Assembly: GCA_019348435.1 (NCBI GenBank) | Contig: JAHWJM010000001.1 | Span: 1 to 24,653 of the forward strand | Length of the DNA stretch: 24,653 bases | Direction of reading: 5' to 3' | Source: Actinomycetota bacterium | Lineage (GTDB): Bacteria; Actinomycetota; Thermoleophilia; Solirubrobacterales; Solirubrobacteraceae | Part shown: in pieces, positions 1 to 8,552 of the stretch | Numbering within the stretch: position 1 is the stretch's first letter | Layout of the letters: every line of letters begins with the position of its first letter | Made by a program: the position numbers and the translations under genes | The notes under the pieces: generated by a model | The model's input: only the letters and a program-made list of their open reading frames with translations | What the model was told of the DNA's origin: nothing | Database searches by the model: none

Positions 1-989
1 GAGGACCGCTCCCCGAAGGTGGCGAGCACCGCATCGACGATCTGCGGCTCGTGCGGGAAGGCGAGCTGCTCGAGCGCCTTGGAGTAGGGCATCGGCACGT
101 CGGCGCCCGTGACGCGCTGAACCGGCGCGTCGAGGTCGTCGAAGGCCTGCTCCTGGATGAGCGCGGCGAGGTTCGCGCCGACGCCGCCGTGCGGCCAGCC
201 TTCCTCGATGATCACGCAGCGGTTCGTCTTGCGCACGGAGGCGAGGATCGTGTCGAGGTCCAGCGGGCGCAGCGTGCGCGGGTCGATCACCTCGGCCTCG
301 ACCCCGTGCTCATCGCTCAGCGTCGCCGCCGCGCGAGCCGCGGTCAGCGCCATCCGCGAGATGCCCACGAGCGTCACGTCGGAGCCCTCGCGGCGGATCG
401 CGGCGACGCCGAAGCGCACGGTGTGGTCCTCCTCGTCGGGCACCTCGCCGCGCTGGCCGTAGAGGTACTCGTGCTCGATGAAGACGACCGGGTTGTCGTC
501 GCGGATCGCCGACTTCAGCAGCCCCTTCGCGTCGGCGGCCGTCGTGGGCACGGCGACGAGCAACCCGGGAACGTGGACGAAGAGCGCCTCCCAGGAATGC
601 GAGTGCGTGGGGCCGAGCTGATGGCCCGCGCCCTGCGGCATGCGCACGACGAGCGGCACCTTGACCTGGCCGCCGAACATGTACCGGATCGTCGCCGCGT
701 GGTTGACGATCTGGTCCATCGCCAGCAACGAGAAGTTGATCGTCATGAGCTCGACGACCGGGCGCAGCCCGGTCATGGCGGCGCCGACGCCCATGCCGAC
801 GATCGTGTTCTCGGAGATCGGGGTGTCGCGCACGCGCTTCTCGCCGAACTCGTCGAGCAGCCCCGCCGTCACCTTGAAGGCGCCGTTGAAGACCCCGATG
901 TCCTCGCCCATGAGCATGACGTTCTCGTCGCGCTCCATCTCTTCGCGCAGGGCCGAGTTGAGCGCCTCGCGATAACGCATGACCGCCAC
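1..989 (-). CDS. pdhB: Pyruvate/2-oxoacid dehydrogenase E1 beta subunit, 3' end runs off the window
   Basis: Not in the ORF track because it has no stop in the window. Manual translation from GTG 989 gives (M)AVMRYREALNSALREEM...GEDIG...VRDTPISE...QLGPTHS...VIDPRTLRPLD...DVPMPY, typical E1-beta motifs. Directly downstream of E1 alpha. Confidence 0.93.
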   Translation of the reverse strand, partial: MAVMRYREALNSALREEMERDENVMLMGEDIGVFNGAFKVTAGLLDEFGEKRVRDTPISENTIVGMGVGAAMTGLRPVVELMTINFSLLAMDQIVNHAATIRYMFGGQVKVPLVVRMPQGAGHQLGPTHSHSWEALFVHVPGLLVAVPTTAADAKGLLKSAIRDDNPVVFIEHEYLYGQRGEVPDEEDHTVRFGVAAIRREGSDVTLVGISRMALTAARAAATLSDEHGVEAEVIDPRTLRPLDLDTILASVRKTNRCVIIEEGWPHGGVGANLAALIQEQAFDDLDAPVQRVTGADVPMPYSKALEQLAFPHEPQIVDAVLATFGERS

Positions 990-993
990 GGCG

Positions 994-2175
994 CTAGTCC
1001 TCGTCTCGCTGGGCGTCGTCGGCCGGCTTGACGTCGCTGGCGTTCGGCGAGTGCGTGCCGGCATGGCCGTGCTCCGCCGAGCGCGGCAGGTCCGCGCGGT
1101 CCATCGCGCGCTCGTCCTCACCGCGGTGGGGGGTCGGCGTGCGCTCGTCGACCGAGTACCACCCGCGCACCTGGTCGCCGAGCACGTAGATGTCGTCGTA
1201 GAGGTCGTTGGGCGACGGATAGGGCGAGGCGTCGGCGAACGCGACCGAGGCGTCGATGCGCTCGATCGTCTCGGCGTCCATCCGTTCGCGCTCGTCGGCG
1301 TCGAGGATGCCCGCCTCGACGAGCTGGTCGCCGAAGACCGCAAGCGGATCGCGCTTGCGCCACTCGTCGACCTGCTCCTTGGTGCGGTACTCCTCCGGGT
1401 CGGCCATCGAGTGTCCCCTGAAGCGGTAGGTGACGGCCTCGACGAGCACCGGCCGGCGCTCTTCGCGCGCGATCTGCAGCGCCTCGGTGGTGACGTTGTA
1501 GGTGTCGACGACGTCCATGCCGTCACAGCGCATGCCCGGCACGCCGAAGCCCTCGCCCTTGCGCATGAGGTCGGTCACGGCCGAATGGCGCTCGAGCGCG
1601 GTTCCCATCCCGAACTGGTTGTTCGTGACCATGAAGACGACCGGCAGGCTCCACAGCGCGGCGAGGTTCATCGTCTCGCCGAACGTGCCCTGGTTGGACG
1701 CGCCGTCGCCGAACTGGCACAGGGTCGCGTCGTCGGTGGCGAGGTAGTCCGACGCCAGCGCGAAGCCCGCCGCCAGCGGCAGGTTGCCGCCGACGATCCC
1801 GTATCCGCCCATGAACCGGCGCTCGAGATCGAACATGTGCATCGATCCGCCGCGTCCCTTGCAGAGCCCGTCGACGCGCCCGAAGAGCTCGGCCATCACC
1901 TTGTTCGGATCGCTGCCGCGCGCGAGCGTGTGACCGTGCGAGCGATACGTCGAGATGAGGTAGTCGCGGTCGCGCAGCGCGCGCGTCGAACCCACGATCG
2001 TCGCCTCCTCGCCGATCGCCAGGTGCAGGAAGCCGCCGACCTTGGCCTTGGCGTACATCTCGCCGGCGCGCTCCTCGAAACGGCGGATGAGCATCATCGT
2101 GGCAAGCCATTCGATGGCGGCCTCGGGCTCGGGAAGCCGTGCCTGCTCGGTGGATGGCGCGACGCGCTCGGTCAT
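994..2175 (-). CDS. pdhA: Pyruvate dehydrogenase E1 alpha subunit
   Basis: ThDP-binding GDGASNQG...TNN motif, GRGGSMH and YRFRGHSMADP. Start placed at ATG 2175 (MTERVAP), just downstream of a TACCCT -10-like hexamer, rather than at the ORF-track start 2244. Confidence 0.93.
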   Translation of the reverse strand: MTERVAPSTEQARLPEPEAAIEWLATMMLIRRFEERAGEMYAKAKVGGFLHLAIGEEATIVGSTRALRDRDYLISTYRSHGHTLARGSDPNKVMAELFGRVDGLCKGRGGSMHMFDLERRFMGGYGIVGGNLPLAAGFALASDYLATDDATLCQFGDGASNQGTFGETMNLAALWSLPVVFMVTNNQFGMGTALERHSAVTDLMRKGEGFGVPGMRCDGMDVVDTYNVTTEALQIAREERRPVLVEAVTYRFRGHSMADPEEYRTKEQVDEWRKRDPLAVFGDQLVEAGILDADERERMDAETIERIDASVAFADASPYPSPNDLYDDIYVLGDQVRGWYSVDERTPTPHRGEDERAMDRADLPRSAEHGHAGTHSPNASDVKPADDAQRDED

Positions 2176-2304
2176 CGGGGGACTCAGGGTATCGGCCCGC
2201 GAGCGGGCGCAATCGAACGCGTACTCGCGCCACGACGCTGACACCCCGGCTGCCGCGCGGGCTGCCTCTTCTCGCCGGTCTGCCCGCCCGCGGCGGCCGA
2301 GGAC

Positions 2305-2538
2305 CTAGTCGGTACCGGCCCAGCGATCGACGAACTCCTCGACCTCGAGGCTCGCGAGCTCCTCGCGCAGGCGGCGCGCGCGCCTGGCGGCCTCGGGGGC
2401 CGGCAGATCCCAGAACAGGACGACCTCGCCGGAGGCGACGTCGACCACCTCGAGGTGGTCGATGCGGGCCGGGTCGAGGCTCGCGGGGCGGCGGCTGGAC
2501 CGGGTGTGCAGCAGGCGGTAGCTGCGGTTGGCGCGCAT
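2305..2538 (-). CDS. Small hypothetical protein (77 aa)
   Basis: Co-oriented with its neighbours and fills the gap between them. GC3-biased codons, plausible globular sequence (IDHLEVVDVASGEVVLFWD), TAGCGT hexamer 8 nt upstream of the ATG. Confidence 0.7.
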   Translation of the reverse strand: MRANRSYRLLHTRSSRRPASLDPARIDHLEVVDVASGEVVLFWDLPAPEAARRARRLREELASLEVEEFVDRWAGTD

Positions 2539-2549
2539 AGGGCTCGACG

Positions 2550-3137
2550 CTACGCGATCACGGCGCCGGCCGCGTCGTCAAGCGCGTCGTCGCCGTGGAA
2601 GACGCGCCCGTCGGGCAGCCACACCGCCGGCACGTCAGCGACCCCGCGTGCCGCGGCGTGCGCGGTCGCCTCCTCGAGCGCGCGCCGCACCGAGCGCAGT
2701 GCGGCGCCCTTTGCGACCGCGGCGGGATGCAGCTCGCACGCGGCGGCCGCGATGAGCACGTTGTCGGCCACGCCGAGATCGCGGCCGGCGGCGAACGCCT
2801 GCCGAAAGGCCGCCAGCGAGAACGCGACGGCGCGCCCGATCTGGCGTGCGTAGGTCGCCACGCGCATCGCGTACGCCGTGTCGGAGGGAAAGGGCTCGGG
2901 CCAGCGCACGGGCTGCAGGCCGCGTCGTGACGCGACACGCTCGATCCGGTCGCGGAACGCCTCCAGGTCGGTCTGGCAGCGAAAGCCCTCCAGCGTGTCG
3001 GCGCCCGGCAGATCGCGCCCGTTCACCGGGATCCATTCGGCGCCCGGGAGCAACTCGAGGACACGCTCGGCGGCGAGGTACGCCTCGGGGCTGACGAGGT
3101 CGTAGTAGAAGGCCGCGCGCACGGCGTCGGTCTGCAC
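2550..3137 (-). CDS. DsbA/DSBA-like thioredoxin-fold protein (HCCA isomerase / kappa-GST-like)
   Basis: N-terminal FYYDLVSPEAYL (S-P-x form of the CPxC site) and C-terminal ARGVADVPAVW...VFHGDD, typical of the family. Confidence 0.8.
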   Translation of the reverse strand: MQTDAVRAAFYYDLVSPEAYLAAERVLELLPGAEWIPVNGRDLPGADTLEGFRCQTDLEAFRDRIERVASRRGLQPVRWPEPFPSDTAYAMRVATYARQIGRAVAFSLAAFRQAFAAGRDLGVADNVLIAAAACELHPAAVAKGAALRSVRRALEEATAHAAARGVADVPAVWLPDGRVFHGDDALDDAAGAVIA

Positions 3138-3144
3138 GAGGCGC

Positions 3145-4527
<1,383 letters not shown>

Positions 4528-4565
4528 GGTCGGTCGAGCCTATCGAGCGGCTGCGACCTAACCGC

Positions 4566-4608
4566 TGGCGCCACATCGGTTGTCGCGGAGCCAGTATGGC
4601 GCTAACGT
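4566..4608 (+). promoter_or_regulatory. Probable vapBC leaderless promoter with two 8-bp operator-like palindromes
   Basis: TGGCGCCA (4566-4573) and TGGCGCTA (4597-4604), 31 bp apart. The second overlaps TAACGT (4603-4608), which lies 7 nt before GTG 4616. Confidence 0.55.
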
Positions 4609-4615
4609 GCGACGC

Positions 4616-4846
4616 GTGCCGAGCATCCAGATCAAGAACGTCCCCGACGACGTGCATCTCGTCCTGCGCCGCCGCGCCGCCGCCGCCGGACAGTCGCTGC
4701 AGGAGTACCTGCTCGCGCGGCTGACCGACGAGGCGCAGCGCGACACGCTGAGCGAGGTGCTCGACCGGGCCGGCGGCCGTGCCGGTGGAAGCGTGCCGTT
4801 CGCGACCGCCGTCGACGCGCTGCGCGAGGAGCGCGATCGGCGGTGA
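4616..4846 (+). CDS. vapB: Type II antitoxin, FitA/VapB-like ribbon-helix-helix
   Basis: (M)PSIQIKNVPDDVHLVLRRRAAAAGQSLQEYL is an RHH signature. 4-nt GTGA overlap with the downstream PIN gene. Start moved to GTG 4616. Confidence 0.85.
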   Translation: MPSIQIKNVPDDVHLVLRRRAAAAGQSLQEYLLARLTDEAQRDTLSEVLDRAGGRAGGSVPFATAVDALREERDRR

Positions 4847-5235
4847 TCGTGGTCGACGCGTCGGTGCTCGCACCGGCGCTCGCCGACGACGGGCCGGACG
4901 GCGACCGCGCCCGCACACGGCTGCGGGAGCAGCGACTCGCGGCGCCGTGGCTCGTGGATCTCGAGGTGACGTCGGTGCTGCACGGCGCCGTCGCGGGCGG
5001 TCGGCTGCCCGTGCGCCGCGCGCGCCAGGCGCTCGCCGATCTCGTCGCACTCCCACTGGAGCGCGCGCCGCACAGCCCGCTGCTCGAACGGATCTGGGAG
5101 TTGCGCGAGAACGTCACTGCGTACGACGCGGCGTACGTCGCGCTCGCCGAGGCGATCGGGGCGACGCTCGTGACCGCCGATGGTCGCCTGTCGCGCGCGA
5201 GCGGCGTGCGCTGCGAGGTCGAGGCGCTCGGCTAG
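4843..5235 (+). CDS. vapC: Type II toxin, PIN-domain ribonuclease
   Basis: MIVVDASV, DLEV, YDAAYVALAE and LVTAD carry the four acidic PIN residues. 130 aa, coupled to the antitoxin. Confidence 0.92.
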   Translation: MIVVDASVLAPALADDGPDGDRARTRLREQRLAAPWLVDLEVTSVLHGAVAGGRLPVRRARQALADLVALPLERAPHSPLLERIWELRENVTAYDAAYVALAEAIGATLVTADGRLSRASGVRCEVEALG

Positions 5236-6203
5236 TTGTAAGGCCCGAGCAGGTTGTTCAGGCGGCTGATCGGTGGTTGTCGGCCGATGGCTGAGTGTCG
5301 TCGGTGATGGTTGTAGCGGTAGATCCAGCCGTCAAGGGCTGTGGTGCGTTTGGCGCTGGAGGCGTAGATCGCGCCGTAGGCCCAACCGCCGAGCATCGTG
5401 CGGATGAAGCGCTCCGCCTTGCCGTTGGTCTGCGGGCGCCGCGGCCGGGTGCGCAGGTGGCGGATCCCGATCGCGCGACAGGCGATCGCATGGACGGTGC
5501 TGCGGTAGGCCGACCCGTTATCGGTCAGCAGCTCGCGCACGGTCATCCCGTGGCTCTCAAAGAAGACGATTGCGCGCCGCAAGAACCCGATCGCGGTCGT
5601 CGCTTTCTCGTCGCCCAGGACTTCGGCGTAGGCCAGGCGGGTGGCGTCGTCGATCGCGATATGGACGTACTCCCAGCCGGCGGTGTTACGCCGCTTGCCG
5701 TCGCGGTCGGTGTACGAACCGGTGTAGTGACTGCTGCCGCCGGTGATGCGTTTGCCCGCCCCGCGGACGATCTTGCCGAGCTTCTTGACGTCGACGTGGA
5801 TCAGCTCGCCGGCCACCGGGCGCTCATAGCGCTCTGCGGGCTCAAGGCCCAGACGGCCGAGCTTGCCCATCCCGATCTGCGTAAGGATCCCCGACACCGT
5901 CGACACGGGGCGGTCGAGGGTCTCGGCAATCTCCGGGCCGGTGAACCTCAGGCGTCGCAGCGCGGCGATCGCCTCGATCGTCTGCTCATCGGTGCGGTTG
6001 GCCACGACGTTCGGCGTCGACGGCCGATCGATCAGGCCCGCCGGGCCTTCAGCGCGGTAGCGCGCCAGCCACTTGCGCGCCGTTCGCTCGCTGACTGCCG
6101 CGGACTCTGCGACGTCTTAGACCGGTTGACTCTCCCTCTCGATCCGATCGATCAGCAGCTGCCTGCCTTTCGGACTGAGCGGGGCGTTAGCGTGCAACTT
6201 CAT
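5232..6203 (-). pseudogene. IS481 DDE transposase with premature stop at codon 29
   Basis: ATG 6203 reads MKLHANAPLSPKGRQLLIDRIERESQPV*DVAESAAVSERTARKWLARYR..., with in-frame TAA at 6119-6117. The frame continues through HVDVKK, LTDNG and PQTNGKAERF. The final TAG (5234-5232) lies in the target site. Confidence 0.9.
5237..5260. repeat. IS481 terminal inverted repeat (transposase-distal end)
   Basis: TGTAAGGCCCGAGCAGGTTGTTCA matches the reverse complement of 6260-6283 at 19 of 24 positions. Confidence 0.88.
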
Positions 6204-6259
6204 CCGGAACTCCATGGGACTGGGGCCTTGAGAACCACCAGCCTCCAAGGAGGACCCGA

Positions 6260-6283
6260 TGAACAACGTGCTCAGGAACTACA
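6260..6283. repeat. IS481 terminal inverted repeat (transposase-proximal end)
   Basis: Reverse complement is TGTAGTTCCTGAGCACGTTGTTCA, partner of 5237-5260. Confidence 0.88.
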
Positions 6284-6284
6284 G

Positions 6285-6809
6285 CTAGCTCGGCGTGCCC
6301 TGGAAGACGACCTTGACCTCGTCGTTGACCTTCAGCGCGCCAAACAGGGCGGAGTAGGGCTTCATGCCCCAGTCGGATTGCTTGACCGCCGCGCTGCCGC
6401 TGAGCGTGCCGCCGCTCTCGTCGAGGTCCAGCGAGACCGGGTTGGACTTGCCGCCCATCTCGAGGTCGCCGCTGACCTTGAGGCCCTCGCCCGCGGGCTC
6501 GACCGAGGTCGAGCGGAAGGTGATGGTCTTCTTCTTCAGGACGTCTTTGTCGATCGTCTTGCGGATGTCCTCCTTGTCGTCCTCCTTGAGCGCCTGCATG
6601 CCGCCCTTGCCCTCGCGCACGTGCAGGGACGTCGGGTCGGCGCTGAGCTGCAGGCTCGAGCTGTCGCCCACCTCGAGCGTCGCCTCCCACGACTTGACGT
6701 CGATGACGAGGTCGTGGCCGGCCTTCGCGGCCGCCCCGTTGCGGCCGGTCTCGACGTGCAGAGACGCGTTGTCCGGACCGAGCTTGTATGTACCTGCCTG
6801 AATAGCCAT
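6285..6809 (-). CDS. YceI-like lipid/polyisoprenoid-binding beta-barrel protein
   Basis: GTYKLGPDNASL, AAAKAGHDL, ITFRST, VSGDLEMGG, QSDWGMKPYS and DEVKV follow the YceI pattern. TAGAAT lies 6 nt before the ATG. Confidence 0.85.
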   Translation of the reverse strand: MAIQAGTYKLGPDNASLHVETGRNGAAAKAGHDLVIDVKSWEATLEVGDSSSLQLSADPTSLHVREGKGGMQALKEDDKEDIRKTIDKDVLKKKTITFRSTSVEPAGEGLKVSGDLEMGGKSNPVSLDLDESGGTLSGSAAVKQSDWGMKPYSALFGALKVNDEVKVVFQGTPS

Positions 6810-6844
6810 CCGTCGATTCTATGAGAAACCTTTATCTTCGCCGA

Positions 6845-6973
6845 ATGCCCACGTTGAACGAGGCGTTTTCGGTGTCCGATCCCGACTCCGCCTGGAAGAC
6901 CATCAGCGACCTCAACAAGCTGATCCCGTGTGTGCCCGGCGCGCGCGTCGTGTCCGCCATCGCGAAGGCCTGA
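6845..6973 (+). pseudogene. 5' remnant (42 aa) of a CoxG/SRPBCC-family gene
   Basis: Below the ORF-track cutoff. Reads MPTLNEAFSVSDPDSAWKTISDLNKLIPCVPGARVVSAIAKA*, where W...D...PCxPGA is the CoxG N-terminal pattern. TATCTT lies 6 nt before the ATG. Far shorter than a complete SRPBCC domain. Confidence 0.7.
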
Positions 6974-6977
6974 GCGG
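6962..6977 (+). repeat. 16-bp direct repeat, copy 1 (GCGAAGGCCTGAGCGG)
   Basis: Identical to 8254-8269. Spans the stop codon of the coxG remnant. Confidence 0.75.
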
Positions 6978-7127
6978 TCTCGCTCGGCCGGGGTGCGCGC
7001 TCAGGTGCGCCGCCGGCCGGGCTGCACCCGCACCGCACGTGCGCCACGTTGAACCGCGCCCAGCGAATCGCGTGAGTACCCGGGGGTAGTATCAGGCTTC
7101 GGGTTGTCGCGGAGAGGAGCCAAGCCA

Positions 7128-7442
7128 ATGAAGGATGTCATCGAGGACGTCGACCGCTGGGTCGCGGACGGCGCGCAGGTCGCCATAGCGACCATCACCG
7201 CGACGCGTCGCTCGGCACCGCGCCCCCCGGGTGCGAAGATGGCCGTCAACGACCGCGGCGAGGTCTCGGGCATGGTGTCGGGTGGCTGCGTCGAGGGCGC
7301 CGTCATCGAGGTCGCCGACGAGGTCCTGAGCGGCGGCGAGCCGCAGCTGCTGACGTTCGGCATCGCCGACGAGGAGGCCTGGGACGTCGGGCTGCCGTGC
7401 GGCGGCGAGATCGACGTGTGGGTGGAGCGCTTTCAGCCGTGA
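7128..7442 (+). CDS. XdhC/CoxF/CoxI family protein, stand-alone N-terminal domain (104 aa)
   Basis: SAPRPPGAKM, SGGCVEGAV and VGLPCGGEIDVWVE motifs. GGAGAGGAG RBS upstream of ATG 7128. Confidence 0.88.
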   Translation: MKDVIEDVDRWVADGAQVAIATITATRRSAPRPPGAKMAVNDRGEVSGMVSGGCVEGAVIEVADEVLSGGEPQLLTFGIADEEAWDVGLPCGGEIDVWVERFQP

Positions 7443-7497
7443 CCGCCCGCCATCGCTCGACGACCGGATATTTCAAACTGCAATCGAGGTTTTCGCA

Positions 7498-8265
7498 ATG
7501 AGCGTCCACGAAGCCTTTGCACAGATCGCACGTGAGGACGGGCGTGGCGCGCTCGTCACGGTGGTGCGCGGCGAGCATCTCGGCGAGAAGCTCCTGGTGC
7601 GGCCCGACGGCACGTCGGAGGGCACGCTCGGTGACCCGGAGCTCGACGCGCAGGGCAAGGCCGACGCCGAGGAGCTGATGTGGAAGGAGAGCTCCGAGAT
7701 TCGGGGCGACCTCTTCATCGACGTCACCGCTCCCGATCCCCGGATCGTCATCTTCGGCGCCGTCGAGTACGCCCAGCACCTCTCGGCGCTCGCCCGCGTC
7801 TGCGGCTGGCGGCCCTACGTCGTCGACCCCCGCGCCCGCTTCGCCACCCCGGAGCGCTTTCCCGACGCCGTCGGTGTCGTGGCGGCGTGGCCGGAGGAGG
7901 CGTTCGAGCAGCTCGGGGCGCCCGACAAGGCCACCTACATCGTGATCCTCACCCACGACCCCAAGCTCGACGACGCCACGCTGCTGACCGTGCTTGAGGC
8001 ATCGCCGGCGTACATCGGCGCGATGGGGTCGCGACCCGCGCAGGAGAAGCGGCGCGAGCGGCTGCTGGCCGCCGGTGTCCCCGAGTCGGACGTGGCGCGG
8101 ATCGCAGCGCCGATCGGCCTGGACCTCGGCGGGCTCACCGCCGAGGAGACGGCGCTGTCGATCATGGCCGAGGTCGTGGCCGTCCGCAACGGCCGCGAGG
8201 GCGGCCGGCTCTGCCACTCCAAGGGCAAGGGCCGCATCCATGCCGACGCGAAGGCGAAGGCCTGA
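7498..8265 (+). CDS. XdhC family protein, second domain plus C-terminal Rossmann domain
   Basis: IVIFGAVE, VVDPRARFATPERFP, LTHDPKLD, YIGAMGS and IAAPIGLDLGGLTAEETALSIMAEV. Confidence 0.9.
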   Translation: MSVHEAFAQIAREDGRGALVTVVRGEHLGEKLLVRPDGTSEGTLGDPELDAQGKADAEELMWKESSEIRGDLFIDVTAPDPRIVIFGAVEYAQHLSALARVCGWRPYVVDPRARFATPERFPDAVGVVAAWPEEAFEQLGAPDKATYIVILTHDPKLDDATLLTVLEASPAYIGAMGSRPAQEKRRERLLAAGVPESDVARIAAPIGLDLGGLTAEETALSIMAEVVAVRNGREGGRLCHSKGKGRIHADAKAKA

Positions 8266-8269
8266 GCGG
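8254..8269 (+). repeat. 16-bp direct repeat, copy 2
   Basis: Identical to 6962-6977. Spans the stop codon of the XdhC C-terminal gene. Confidence 0.75.
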
Positions 8270-8284
8270 CTGAGGGGCGGGACA

Positions 8285-8299
8285 CGCCCTGTGAGGGCG
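8285..8299. terminator. Hairpin after xdhC, possible terminator
   Basis: CGCCCT-GTG-AGGGCG perfect 6-bp stem about 20 nt after the stop. No U-tract. Confidence 0.3.
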
Positions 8300-8301
8300 C
8301 T

Positions 8302-8400
8302 ACGCTGGAGATCATCGACGTCGCGACGGGCGAAGAGTTCATGGTCGAGTCGATCGAAGTCGAAGACGAGGAGGAGGCGGCGTGCACCGCACCAAGGTGA
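8302..8400 (+). pseudogene. hypA: 3' remnant of hydrogenase maturation nickel metallochaperone HypA
   Basis: Reads TLEIIDVATGEEFMVESIEVEDEEEAACTAPR*. GxE..VESIEVE is the HypA C-terminus and it overlaps the start of the hypB remnant. The N-terminal MHE and zinc-binding CxxC pairs are absent. The 5' boundary is approximate. Confidence 0.65.
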
Positions 8401-8552
8401 GGGTCGTGGAGGACGCGCTCGACGCGAGCAACACGATCGCGGGCGCCAACGCCGGCGACTTCGAGCGCTCCAACCTCGCCGTCGTCAACCTCATGAGCGC
8501 CCCCGGCGCCGGTAACACGGCGCTGCTCGAGCGCTCGCAGCCGGTGGTGTGA
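8382..8552 (+). pseudogene. hypB: 5' remnant (56 aa) of hydrogenase nickel-incorporation GTPase HypB
   Basis: (M)HRTKVRVVEDALDASNTIAGANAGDFERSNLAVVNLMSAPGAGNTALLERSQPVV*. HypB N-terminus up to the P-loop, which reads GAGNT instead of GAGKT, then an abrupt stop. Confidence 0.8.

Larger units (their letters stand above)
5237..6283 (-). mobile_element. IS481-family insertion sequence, 1047 bp, complete ends
   Basis: TGT...ACA termini and 24-bp imperfect terminal inverted repeats. Flanked by GCTAGT (5231-5236) and GCTAGC (6284-6289), matching the NCTAGN target known for IS481. Encodes a DDE transposase. Confidence 0.92.

Noticed and set aside
2195-2208. Palindrome GCCCGC-GA-GCGGGC upstream of pdhA
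   Set aside because: All-GC stem, expected by chance at this composition, with no second copy or candidate regulator.
51-2241. Long + strand ORFs 51-1031 and 979-2241
   Set aside because: Antisense shadows of pdhB and pdhA. Stop codons are scarce on the opposite strand of GC3-rich genes and there are no recognisable motifs.
5295-6824. 509-aa + strand ORF across the IS and yceI
   Set aside because: Antisense of two unrelated genes and crosses the IS boundary, so it cannot be one ancestral gene.
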